Origin: Candidatus Multivoradales bacterium
GTDB taxonomy: Bacteria; Acidobacteriota; Thermoanaerobaculia; Multivoradales; Multivoraceae
DNA: 64,000 nt
Assembly: GCA_965223325.1 (NCBI GenBank)
Contig: CBDCWI010000002.1
Span: forward strand, 1,088,001-1,152,000
Direction of reading: 5' to 3'
Under the pieces are notes generated by a model, which was not told the origin of the DNA, made no database searches, and saw only the letters and a program-made list of their open reading frames with translations. Every line of letters begins with the position of its first letter. Position 1 is the first letter of the stretch. The translations under genes and the position numbers were made by a program. Below, piece by piece: positions 36,305 through 45,238 of the stretch.

Positions 36305-36901
36305 CTACGAGATCTTCGCGATCGTCCTCATGATGCTGTCGTGGACCATCTTGCTGATCTCGGTCATCATTGCGGACAGTTGCGTCAGGCGTTGCAACTT
36401 CGTCCGGATCTTGTCGGCCTCTTCCGAGCTCAGATTGCCCTTGTCGAGCTGCGCATAGAGGTCGTCGATCTGGGCGAAGACTGACTTGCCGCTCGACGAG
36501 GTGTTCGTGGTTCCCGAACTGCTCGAGGTCGGCTTGTCGTCGGCCTTCTTGTCCTCGGAACCGCCTCCCCCGTTCTTCTGTTTGTCGAGCCCCTCGAGGT
36601 CCTCGGAGAACTCGTCTTCGACCGCGGCGACCCTCTGGAAGGAGCCATCGAGCCCAGCGCCGAACTGGTCGCTCGAAAGAGCGTTGGGGTCGGCCGGCAG
36701 CTGACCGCGCTCGGCGACCCTGTCGTTGCCTGCCACGTCAGCGGTGAGGGTGGTCGGTTGGTGAGTCTCGAACTGGGTCGAGTAATCGGCGTCGTTCTTG
36801 GTGGACGTGGTCTCGGTGGTGGTGCTGTCCTGGGACCGCTTGATCACCGGCTGTTGGATGGGGCTCTGGCCCCCTGTTGACTGAATCATTTCTTCGTTCA
36901 T
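36305..36901 (-). CDS. Probable T3SS-secreted structural protein (tip/filament-like)
   Basis: Ser/Thr-rich disordered N-terminus and C-terminal QRLTQLSAMMTEISKMVHDSIMRTIAKIS, resembling needle/tip polymerisation helices. Confidence 0.6.
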   Translation of the reverse strand: MNEEMIQSTGGQSPIQQPVIKRSQDSTTTETTSTKNDADYSTQFETHQPTTLTADVAGNDRVAERGQLPADPNALSSDQFGAGLDGSFQRVAAVEDEFSEDLEGLDKQKNGGGGSEDKKADDKPTSSSSGTTNTSSSGKSVFAQIDDLYAQLDKGNLSSEEADKIRTKLQRLTQLSAMMTEISKMVHDSIMRTIAKIS

Positions 36902-36962
36902 CTCCGTGGTGCTCCTGACCCGGGGAGGGTCGTAGATTGTACCAAATAGGTCGTTTAATTAG

Positions 36963-36991
36963 TTTTTCGACGAAATCGAACGACTGTGAAC
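36963..36991 (-). promoter_or_regulatory. Variant of the shared promoter motif (GTTCAC-N16-CGAAAAA)
   Basis: Same 16-nt spacing, in the AT-rich gap upstream of 36901. Two mismatches per box. Confidence 0.3.
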
Positions 36992-37005
36992 CGCTGCAAG
37001 AGGCC

Positions 37006-38343
37006 TCAAGCCGCCGAGGCCAGGTCGGAGGCTGAGTCGGAGCCGCTCTGGGCTCCTTCCTTGCCTTCGGCTGCCTTCTCTTCTGCTTCTTTCCGCATCT
37101 CTTCGATTTCGTTACGGGTCTGGTCGTCGAGAATCTGCGTCAGCACGTCTCCAAGGAGTGGCAGGGCGCTCTCGGCGTTGCCGTTCTTGATCAGTGCAAC
37201 CGCGGTATCGACCTTGGCGACGGTCACCACGAGCTCCTCGAGCTTGGCGCGGGTTTCGGGCTCGGTCCACACCGCAGCGCTACCGGCGAGGTAGGCGGCC
37301 GCCTGGCCCCAGTCCTTTTCCTGCAGGGCGGCATAGCCACCCGCAACACGGTTCAGACCGAGGGTGATGCGCTCGAGAGTTTCCGAGGCCTCACCATCGG
37401 TGACCTGGGCGGCGGTGTTGGCGAACTGCACGGCAGCGCCCATGTAGTCGCCGGTCTCCAGGGAGTACTTGACTCCCCGGAGGCCAGCGGCGCCGGTTTC
37501 GACCTTCGACAGCGCGGCGTCGAGCTCGGCGTTGTTCGAAATATCGCCCGCGAGGCCAGCACCAACGCTCACCGCGCCGAGCCAGTCGCCGTTCTTGGCG
37601 GCGTTGTAGGCGCGAGCGCCGGTCTCGACGCGCTGGGCCCAGGTCGAGACCTGCTCGAGGCCAGCGGCGACCTTCTCCATTCCGGAGGCTGCAGCACCGG
37701 CACCGAAGGCACCCGCACCGGCCGCGATCGCGCCCAGCCAGTTGCCGTCCTTAGCCTGCTGAATCGCCTTGAGAGCCGACTGGGCGTAGCGTGCGTACTG
37801 GGCCACCTTGGTGGCAACCTGCGCCGCCGCACTCACGGCCGAACCGGCCGCGGCCGCAGCACCAGCGGTGAAGGCACTGGCAATGGCAAGCGCCGCACCA
37901 ACGAAGTCCTTCTCGACGATGGCCTTGTAGGCCGCCAGCGCCGCCAGGCCAATCGCACCAATGACGTTGAGGCCCGGGATGAGCATCATGATGGCGAACA
38001 GGAAGGGCGCGATCTTGAGGAAGATCTTGAAGCCCTTCTTGAAGGCCTTGCCGAGCTTCTTCCAGAAGCCACCGCGCTTCTTCTTCTTGGACCTCTCGGG
38101 CTCGTCGGCCGGCTTGGCTTCCGTGGTGGAAGTCGTCGACGTGGTCTTTGTACTCTCGGCCTTGGTGGCCGCGCTCGAATGCGCCGCAGCAGTCGCGATG
38201 TCTTTGAGCCAATTGGCGTCTTTCGACGTCGCGAACTCATCCACCGTCGGCTGGTGCTGTGTGGACACAGTCTGCGACGACGGAGAACTCGGGCTCCGGT
38301 ATTGAGTGGCGGGTGCCGAACTCTGGTTGTTGACCTGGGGCAT
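37006..38343 (-). CDS. Translocator-like (SctE-like) or pore-forming T3SS substrate with helical repeats
   Basis: S/T-rich N-terminus, cationic amphipathic GGFWKKLGKAFKK, hydrophobic hairpin, Gly/Ala-rich repeats. GGAGG RBS. Close to the SycD-like gene. Confidence 0.6.
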   Translation of the reverse strand: MPQVNNQSSAPATQYRSPSSPSSQTVSTQHQPTVDEFATSKDANWLKDIATAAAHSSAATKAESTKTTSTTSTTEAKPADEPERSKKKKRGGFWKKLGKAFKKGFKIFLKIAPFLFAIMMLIPGLNVIGAIGLAALAAYKAIVEKDFVGAALAIASAFTAGAAAAAGSAVSAAAQVATKVAQYARYAQSALKAIQQAKDGNWLGAIAAGAGAFGAGAAASGMEKVAAGLEQVSTWAQRVETGARAYNAAKNGDWLGAVSVGAGLAGDISNNAELDAALSKVETGAAGLRGVKYSLETGDYMGAAVQFANTAAQVTDGEASETLERITLGLNRVAGGYAALQEKDWGQAAAYLAGSAAVWTEPETRAKLEELVVTVAKVDTAVALIKNGNAESALPLLGDVLTQILDDQTRNEIEEMRKEAEEKAAEGKEGAQSGSDSASDLASAA

Positions 38344-38568
38344 GGGAAGTTCCTCCGAAAGGAAGGGATTGAAAATGTGACTGCCAGAGACCAGGCGCCT
38401 CTTACCAGCCGTTCAAAACCATTGGAGTCCCGACCCACCACCTTTTCCCCCAGTGAACCGAATAGAGCGATAGCTCCACCGGAAATGGACGGTGGCTCTT
38501 CTCCCATCCGCCACTTTTTCGGCCGACGGCTCCCCCCCCGAAGGTGTCAGACACTTTCGACAGCCGTT

Positions 38569-39255
38569 CTAGCGGCTGCGGCCTACTCCGATCTTGGGGC
38601 ACCGCTTCTCCACGGGGCACTTCGAGCACCATGGACTCAGCGGTCGGCAGATCTGTTGGCCGAAACTCACCAGTAGGGGGTTCAGCTCCTGCCAATACCG
38701 CTTCGGCAGCCGCTTGCGGAGGACTCGCTCGGTCTCCGTTGGATCGCCTGTATCGAGGTATCCCCAGAGGTTCGTGATGCGATGAACGTGCGTGTCGACG
38801 CAGATCGCATCCTCGCGAAAGGCTTCTGTCATCACCAGGTTGGCCGTCTTTCGACCAACCCCCGGAAGCTCCACCAGCTCCTCGATCGTCGCCGGCACCC
38901 GGCCTTCGAAGCGCTCGAGCAACATCGCCCCTAGCCGCTTCAGATTGCGTGCCTTGGTCTTGTAGAAGCCGACCGGGTAGATCAGCTTCTCGATGCGCGT
39001 GGGCCGCATTCTCGCGAGAGTTCTGGCATCAGGCGCTACCGCGAACAGGCGCTCCGACGCCGCCGCCGTGGTTTCGTCTTTGGTGCGCGCTGAAAGAACC
39101 GTCGATACCAGAACCTTGAACGGGTCCTGCTCGGCCATGGCAATGAGAGAAACCACCGGCGGCTGTGAGCCGGCGGTGGCCTCTCGCACCGCCCTGAGCA
39201 TCGACGGCAGACGACGGTTATCGATTCGGCCTGGGCTACTGGTGCTGCTAGCCAC
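38569..39255 (-). CDS. nth: Endonuclease III
   Basis: LVSTVLSARTKDE, HhH LPGVGRKTANL, VDTHVHRI, 4Fe-4S motif CRPLSPWCSKCPVEKRC. Start is GTG 39255 or ATG 39201. Confidence 0.92.
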   Translation of the reverse strand: MASSTSSPGRIDNRRLPSMLRAVREATAGSQPPVVSLIAMAEQDPFKVLVSTVLSARTKDETTAAASERLFAVAPDARTLARMRPTRIEKLIYPVGFYKTKARNLKRLGAMLLERFEGRVPATIEELVELPGVGRKTANLVMTEAFREDAICVDTHVHRITNLWGYLDTGDPTETERVLRKRLPKRYWQELNPLLVSFGQQICRPLSPWCSKCPVEKRCPKIGVGRSR

Positions 39256-40474
39256 CAGCGCCGGAGGGCGTCTCGGAGGCCACCTCGCGGTACACCGCAT
39301 CGGCACACGCAAGACAGTGCACGTCATCGACCTCTTCGCCGGCCGCCAGGGCTGCGACCCAGTCACGAATGCTCACCCCGTCGGCTTCGAGCGTGTAGAA
39401 CTCGGGGCGACCGAGAATCGTGTGCTCTCCCCCGCCGGCGACGAAGCTCTTGAAGTTCGGCACTGCCGTACGGATGTCGTTCTGATTGGCATCGAGTAGC
39501 GGCAGGAGGGATGGTGCCTCCTGCCCGCCGAGCGCCAGGAACCTGAGCTGCACGGCGTCTTCGGCATTGTCGAAGGCGGCGAAGGAGACGTCAGGGTGGG
39601 CCTTCGCCGCGGCGATATAGAGCGCCTCCCAGCTCATCGTCTCGCCGTCAATGCCCTGGAAGTGCGGCTCAGAGTCGATCGCATCGAGTGTCCCCCAGGG
39701 CTCCCAGGGAGTCGAGTCGCTCAGGCGACGGTAGCCGCCGCTACCATCTCCAAGCTGCTCCACACGGGCCGCAGGCCACTGTTCCTTGACGTGTGCCGCG
39801 TAGTACGGCGACGGGATCGAGCCAGCACTCGAACCCGTGACGAACACCGTTTCGGGCGAGAAGTTCGCAAAAGCCCATTCGAGCGCGGTCATGCCGTTCT
39901 TGTGGCCGCGATGTTCTATCGTCACCTGGTGAGCGGCCGGATCGGCGCCCTCTTTGACCTCGGCACCCTCGGGAAGCGCCGCAACATCGTAGGTCTTCGT
40001 CTGGTCGCCGAGATGCACGTCGCCCGTGCAGTAAGGCACGAAAACCATGCTGTAGTCCGCGAACGGGTTCTCTGGATGGTCGAGGGCGAAGATACCGTTG
40101 CCCTTCGCGGGATCATCGTTCGCCATGTCGACCTTGTAGCTGCCCACGCGCCCGGTATCGCAGGTCGCACCGGTCCAGCAGCCGCCGCCACCCTGGAAGT
40201 AGACCAAGAGCTTCTCGGGATTGGCGCGGCGGGCGAAGAAGGCGAAGTCGGAGCCGTCGGAGCAGGTCGTCCCGTCTTCGACATCGACGGTGTTCCAGGT
40301 GCCCTCTGTGAAGTCTGCGATCACCGGCAGGCCCGAGACCACGGCTTGGGACGACTCGCTATCTGCCTCGTAGGCCGCGTCGCCGGAGCAGCCGGCTAGA
40401 ACCAGGGCGGTGAGCGCGAAGAGAGCCGTGTTGAACAGGCCGAGCGAGCGGCGGGTAGCGAGAGTGGGCTTCAT
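39248..40474 (-). CDS. Pectin-acetylesterase/Notum-family alpha/beta hydrolase lipoprotein
   Basis: Lipobox LAGC, CSDGS, FQGGGGCW, VPYCTGDVHLG, nucleophile motif GSSAG. Confidence 0.82.
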   Translation of the reverse strand: MKPTLATRRSLGLFNTALFALTALVLAGCSGDAAYEADSESSQAVVSGLPVIADFTEGTWNTVDVEDGTTCSDGSDFAFFARRANPEKLLVYFQGGGGCWTGATCDTGRVGSYKVDMANDDPAKGNGIFALDHPENPFADYSMVFVPYCTGDVHLGDQTKTYDVAALPEGAEVKEGADPAAHQVTIEHRGHKNGMTALEWAFANFSPETVFVTGSSAGSIPSPYYAAHVKEQWPAARVEQLGDGSGGYRRLSDSTPWEPWGTLDAIDSEPHFQGIDGETMSWEALYIAAAKAHPDVSFAAFDNAEDAVQLRFLALGGQEAPSLLPLLDANQNDIRTAVPNFKSFVAGGGEHTILGRPEFYTLEADGVSIRDWVAALAAGEEVDDVHCLACADAVYREVASETPSGAGG

Positions 40475-40585
40475 GGTCATCCTCCACAAGGAAACTGTCG
40501 GTGGTCGAGCACCGCACCTGGTTGGGGCGCAACGTTCAAGACGACGCGCGGAGTCTTCTTCGATCGAGGTCAGGGTCGACCCATC

Positions 40586-41092
40586 CTACCCTCCGGATCC
40601 CTCGGCCAACAGTGCCGCTAGCAGCCGCTCCAGAAAGGCGTGCTGGACCGGATGCAGCTTGCCGACCGCACGCTCGGGATCGAACCAACCGAAGCGATCG
40701 AGTTCCGGGAAAGCGACCGTCTCACCTGACTTCGGGGGCCACTCAAGCTTAAACTCGTTGGCGGTGAGGTCGCCGACCTCGCAGTCGCCGAGAAACGCCC
40801 AGGCCCACACGCGCTTGCCACTCGAATAGCGAACCTCGCCGAGCTCGACGACGCGGCTTCCGAAGTCTTCGCCAGGAGCGAGCAGGCCTTCGAGGGCCAG
40901 GCCGGTCTCTTCCTCGAACTCCCGCACCGCCGCGTCGAGGTCGGCCTCCCCTTCTTCAACCAGCCCCTTGGGAATCGTCCACGACCCCTCGTCCTTCTGT
41001 CGAAAGTACGGGCCACCGGGATGGCCGAGTAGAACCTCGACCTGACCGTGACGGATTCGAAAAAGCATCAGGCCTGCACTGGTTTGTGGCAT
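40586..41092 (-). CDS. NUDIX hydrolase
   Basis: HPGGP, WTIPKG....E....AAVREFEEETG Nudix box, EWPPKSG, FPELDR. Confidence 0.9.
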   Translation of the reverse strand: MPQTSAGLMLFRIRHGQVEVLLGHPGGPYFRQKDEGSWTIPKGLVEEGEADLDAAVREFEEETGLALEGLLAPGEDFGSRVVELGEVRYSSGKRVWAWAFLGDCEVGDLTANEFKLEWPPKSGETVAFPELDRFGWFDPERAVGKLHPVQHAFLERLLAALLAEGSGG

Positions 41093-41111
41093 CGCGTCCT
41101 TTCGACGTCGG

Positions 41112-42842
41112 TCAGAGGTCTGGGCCAGGGCTGTCTCGGACAGGCTCACCGGCGCTTCGAATGAGCTCATGGTAGCGCCCTGGTTGGAGCCCTAGGAAGC
41201 GCTCCCGGCCACCGCTCGGCCAGTGCACGACGACGGAGCGCGCGACCGGCGTAGGCAGCGCGAAGAGCACCCGCGGATCGCTTGCCGAGGCATAGGAGCC
41301 GTCGGTATGCACCCGCCGCCATTGCATCGGCTGACCGGGAGTGTCCGCGGATCCCGCCGGCAGAAGGCCCACCCGTGCACCGTAGACATCCGGGCCTTGC
41401 GACCGGGCACGCACCCTGAGTCCAAGCCAGCGCGTCCCGGGCACTCGTTGATTGAGAAGCAGGCGCGCAGGTCCACCGTTGTTGGTCACCACCAGGTCGG
41501 AGTCGCCATCGTTGTCGATGTCGCCGACGGCCAGGCCCCGGCTGACTTCCGCGGTCCCAGGGTGCAGAGCCCGCTCGACCTCTTCGAATGTGCCGTCGCC
41601 CAGGCCGCGAAACAGCTGGTTCCGCTGCCGCAACGGCAATGACTCGCCCGCGGCGAGCTGTTCGGGGACGCGATGTACCGCGCCGTTCGCAACGTAGAGG
41701 TCGAGCCAGCCGTCGCCATCAAAGTCGAGAGCTGCCGTTCCGAAGCCCGTGAAACTGAAGCTCGGCGCACCGAGCCGACTCGACTGCGAGGCATCGACGA
41801 ACATTCCCTCGCCCGTGTTGCGGTAGAGGGTGTTCGTCTCGCGCGCCAGATGCGACATGAAGAGATCCACCAGTCCGTCGCCGTCGAGATCTTCGGCGAC
41901 CACGCCCATACTCGCCTGCGGCTTCCCATTGCCGTCGACCGCCGCGCCCATTAGAAGGGCGTCGTCGACAAAGCTCCCGTCGCCACGGTTCAACCACAGC
42001 TGATTGGGCATCAGATCGTTGGCGACGTAGAGGTCGAGGTGCCCGTCGTCGTTGAAGTCGGCGGCGACCGCACCAAGGGCGGTGGCTGCCTCACCGGCGA
42101 GTCCGGCGCGCCGCGTCGTATCCTCGAAGGTCCCTCCGCCGAGGTTTCGCAACAACCGGTCGGGTTCCGCGGCGTACGCCAGCGGCCCACAGTAGTCTCT
42201 CGAGCCCTGCGGCATGTAGCACTCGCGGTGCGTGGCGGCGCGAAAGTCGTTGTAGTTGCCCACGAACAGATCAAGATCGCCATCGCCGTCGTAGTCGAAG
42301 AACGTCGCAGCAACGCTCCAACGCGGATCACCCGCTCCAGCCGATTCGGTCACGTCGACGAAGTGTCCGCTCCCGTCATTCCTGAGCAGCTGATTCGCAC
42401 CCCAGTTCGTTATGTAGAGGTCGACTGCGCCATCGCCGTCGTAGTCGCCCGTCGCAACACCCTGGGCGTAGCCGGTCGCTACTCCCAGACCGGACTCTGA
42501 GGAGACGTCCTCAAAACGCAGTGTTCCCTCCTCGAGCCGGTTGATGAACAAGCGGTCGGCGGGCCGGTCTCTGCCGGCTCCGGGTTCCAGGGGTCCGCCC
42601 TGACCGAGGTAGATGTCGAGATCGCCATCGTTATCGAAATCGAGAAGAGCAACCCCGGCGCCCAGGTGCTCTACCGCCCACAGGTCGCCAACCATCCCGT
42701 TCTCGTGCTTGAAAACAAGCCCGACCTCGCGAGCGATGTCTCGAAACACCGGTCCGTCATCCCGGCCCGCGCCGGGCACTGCGACCAAAGCCAGGAGGAG
42801 AAGCGCCACCTGCAACCGCCGACAGATGCGCGGCCCGGTCAT
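41112..42842 (-). CDS. CRTAC1-family protein (FG-GAP/VCBS repeats + ASPIC/UnbV), subtype A
   Basis: Signal peptide, seven DxDxDGxxDL repeats, C...DYCGP insert, ETNTLY, SRGLAVGD, GSYASASDPRVLF. Confidence 0.9.
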   Translation of the reverse strand: MTGPRICRRLQVALLLLALVAVPGAGRDDGPVFRDIAREVGLVFKHENGMVGDLWAVEHLGAGVALLDFDNDGDLDIYLGQGGPLEPGAGRDRPADRLFINRLEEGTLRFEDVSSESGLGVATGYAQGVATGDYDGDGAVDLYITNWGANQLLRNDGSGHFVDVTESAGAGDPRWSVAATFFDYDGDGDLDLFVGNYNDFRAATHRECYMPQGSRDYCGPLAYAAEPDRLLRNLGGGTFEDTTRRAGLAGEAATALGAVAADFNDDGHLDLYVANDLMPNQLWLNRGDGSFVDDALLMGAAVDGNGKPQASMGVVAEDLDGDGLVDLFMSHLARETNTLYRNTGEGMFVDASQSSRLGAPSFSFTGFGTAALDFDGDGWLDLYVANGAVHRVPEQLAAGESLPLRQRNQLFRGLGDGTFEEVERALHPGTAEVSRGLAVGDIDNDGDSDLVVTNNGGPARLLLNQRVPGTRWLGLRVRARSQGPDVYGARVGLLPAGSADTPGQPMQWRRVHTDGSYASASDPRVLFALPTPVARSVVVHWPSGGRERFLGLQPGRYHELIRSAGEPVRDSPGPDL

Positions 42843-45133
42843 CTGGGTGCTGTAGCCGCCGGTTTGGGCAAGAGCGGCTCCGGGGTGTCTCGGCCTTCGC
42901 GGATCTTCACCCGGTCACCGGGCCGCAGGCCGCGGACGACCTGACGCAGGCCACTGGCGGGCCACCAGATCTCGACGCGGTCGATGCTCGACGCATCTCC
43001 GAGACCGATGAGCTGTCGCAACGGGTTACCGCCAAAGCTTCCACTCGCCATCACCGTGCGGTAGAGCGAGCGCCCCTCCCCTGGAGCACCCGGCAGGTCG
43101 ACCCGCACGCGCGCGCCAATGGCCGAGCGGTTGCTCTTCTCGCCAACCAGCACCAACTCGATGAACCGCTTCCCGAAGCCCGGGTTGCGATAGAGCGCGT
43201 CGGCGAACCGATCGCCCGGAAACGCACCCCCCATCTGCTCGAAAACATCGAGATCGCCATCGCCGTCGAAGTCGGCGATCGCCACTCCATGGCCTTTCTG
43301 GAGATGCGCAAGGCCCGAGGCGAGCGTCACATCGACGAAGCGTCGGCCAGCATCGTTGCGGTACAGCACGTTCGGCATCAGCCCTTCGTAGTCCGGGTAG
43401 CCGGTGCCCAGATAGAAGTCGAGCCAGCCGTCGCCATCCAGGTCACCGAAGCTCGACCCCATCGTCAGGTGGATGCGCTCGAGGCCGGCCCGCTTGGCAA
43501 CATCCTCGAACCGGCCCTTACCGTTTCCTCTGTACAAACGGGGCTTCTGGTACGGCACTTCGAGGCCGAAGTAGCTGGCCGCTACCAACGAAACGCTGTC
43601 CGGTGCGCCGGCGTAGCTCGATACGTAGAGATCGAGGTTGCCGTCGTTGTCGTAGTCCCAGAACCAGACCGGGAATGAGCTGATCGCATCGGCGACACCG
43701 GCTTCCTCGGCTACGTCATGAAAGCCCTGGTCGCCGCGGTTCTCATAGAGCCGGTTGCTCTGCCCAAGAATCGAGACGTACAGGTCAGCATCACCGTCGT
43801 TGTCGTAGTCGCCCCAGGTCGCCCCCTTCACATAGCCACGCAGGTCCATCCCCGAGGTAGCCGCCACGTCGACAAAGGTGCCGCTTCCCTGGTTCTGAAA
43901 CAGCTGGCTAGGTGCGTCGAAGGACTCGTTCCCCGCCTCGATGCCGAGAACACGGTCCGGGTCGGTACCGTGCTCGTTGCCGACAAAAAGATCGAGGTCG
44001 CCGTCATTGTCGTAGTCGGCAAAGGCCGCCGCCTGGGTCGGCAGATGGAGGTCCCCCAGGCCAGCGGCAAAGGTCGCGTCTCGAAAACGGGCGCGGCCAT
44101 CGTTGAGCAGCAATGAGTTTGGGTGCCGCCCGCGCTCGTAGAGCCAGGCGCCGCGGGTGACAAAGACGTCGAGATCGCCGTCGTTGTCTACGTCACCGTG
44201 GATCAGCTGCAGCCCGCCGTGGAAACCCCGAAGCCCGGCGGACTCGGTGTCGTCTTGAAACGTCCCGTCTCCCTGGTTGCGAAAGAAGTGCGGCTCGGCT
44301 CGAGTATCGAAACTGGTGGTGAGGAGGTCGATATCACCGTCACCGTCGAAGTCGTCAGCGACGACCCCACCGGAAAGATTGAACGTATCGACGCCAACCT
44401 CCGAAGCAACATTCGGGAACCATCGGAACTCGCCACGCGCAGCAAACACGTGTGGTGGAACCCGGTAGCGCTCGGGCACACCGTTGGGATAGACGCCGAG
44501 CGTCATGTGGGCGATATTGAGCAACCACACAGTCTTGACGAAGAGCGGCGAGCTCTGGGGCACCAACTCGAGGACGCGTTCGAAAGAGGTAATTGCCTTT
44601 TTCGAACCAGTCTCGTCGGTGTGGATTCCGCCGCCGCGGATCGGCAAGATGCAACTCTCGGCCGCCGGCCTCTGGGCGCAGTTGCTGGTCTCCCCGTGAC
44701 GCAGGTGCCCAACGCCGAGTCGAAACCAGACCTGTGCGCGCTCGCGCGCCGGTAGGATCGGCCCAAGCCCCTCGGCAAGGTCTCGAGCCTCTTCGAAGCG
44801 CTGGATGGCCTGGTGCTCGCGGCCGAGCCGCAACTCCTGCTCCGCCACTTTCATGAGCGCAAAGAGTCGGTCCCTGGAGGGAGCATCCGCGAGGCGTTCC
44901 AGCTCGGCACGCGCCTCCTGGGCCCGGGCCTCGCCGAGCCAGGGGTTGTCGGTGTCAGTCGCTCTAGCAATCTCAGCGAGCAGCGCCCGCATCCTCTCGT
45001 GCCCGCCTTCAGGCGCAGAAGGCGCCTGGGAGGCTGCCACGGATGGAAGCACCAGGACGCACCAAAGAGAAGCGAGTACGCGCCTTCTGACCCGTCGCGG
45101 AGTGCATCTCACCGTTCTCTCACCATGCGCCAA
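42839..45133 (-). CDS. CRTAC1-family protein with N-terminal TPR-like region, subtype B
   Basis: GETSNC...CILPIRG.GIH, WLLNIAHMTLG.YP, DxDxDGD repeats, HLQKGHGV, NRSAIGARV, GSFGGNPLRQ. Start uncertain. Confidence 0.9.
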   Translation of the reverse strand: MAHGERTVRCTPRRVRRRVLASLWCVLVLPSVAASQAPSAPEGGHERMRALLAEIARATDTDNPWLGEARAQEARAELERLADAPSRDRLFALMKVAEQELRLGREHQAIQRFEEARDLAEGLGPILPARERAQVWFRLGVGHLRHGETSNCAQRPAAESCILPIRGGGIHTDETGSKKAITSFERVLELVPQSSPLFVKTVWLLNIAHMTLGVYPNGVPERYRVPPHVFAARGEFRWFPNVASEVGVDTFNLSGGVVADDFDGDGDIDLLTTSFDTRAEPHFFRNQGDGTFQDDTESAGLRGFHGGLQLIHGDVDNDGDLDVFVTRGAWLYERGRHPNSLLLNDGRARFRDATFAAGLGDLHLPTQAAAFADYDNDGDLDLFVGNEHGTDPDRVLGIEAGNESFDAPSQLFQNQGSGTFVDVAATSGMDLRGYVKGATWGDYDNDGDADLYVSILGQSNRLYENRGDQGFHDVAEEAGVADAISSFPVWFWDYDNDGNLDLYVSSYAGAPDSVSLVAASYFGLEVPYQKPRLYRGNGKGRFEDVAKRAGLERIHLTMGSSFGDLDGDGWLDFYLGTGYPDYEGLMPNVLYRNDAGRRFVDVTLASGLAHLQKGHGVAIADFDGDGDLDVFEQMGGAFPGDRFADALYRNPGFGKRFIELVLVGEKSNRSAIGARVRVDLPGAPGEGRSLYRTVMASGSFGGNPLRQLIGLGDASSIDRVEIWWPASGLRQVVRGLRPGDRVKIREGRDTPEPLLPKPAATAPR

Positions 45134-45184
45134 GGCTAGCGGTTCCGAAGCTCTTTCGTGTCGTCGGCGGGAGCGGGCATGCGG

Positions 45185-45214
45185 AAAGGGAGGAGGGCTT
45201 CCCCTCCTCCCTTT
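45185..45214 (-). terminator. Stem-loop/terminator after the TonB-dependent receptor gene
   Basis: AAAGGGAGGAGGG-CTTC-CCCTCCTCCCTTT perfect 13-bp stem. Confidence 0.75.
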
Positions 45215-45238
45215 GACTACCGAGTCATCCAGCGAACG

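Noticed and set aside
17468-38343. T3SS as a recently acquired mobile island
   Set aside because: No integrase, transposase, tRNA or flanking direct repeats seen. Composition looks like the flanks by eye (not computed).
38370-38386. Sigma-54 promoter before the first T3SS gene (TGGCAGTCACATTTTCA)
   Set aside because: The -12 GC is absent at the required spacing.
38532-38539. C8 tract as a phase-variation switch for the T3SS
   Set aside because: Short tract in a GC-rich genome, about 190 nt from the start codon and not within a recognisable promoter.
1380-41092. Helicase, ligase, nth and NUDIX as a defence or repair island
   Set aside because: The genes are dispersed in separate operons and are ordinary housekeeping families.
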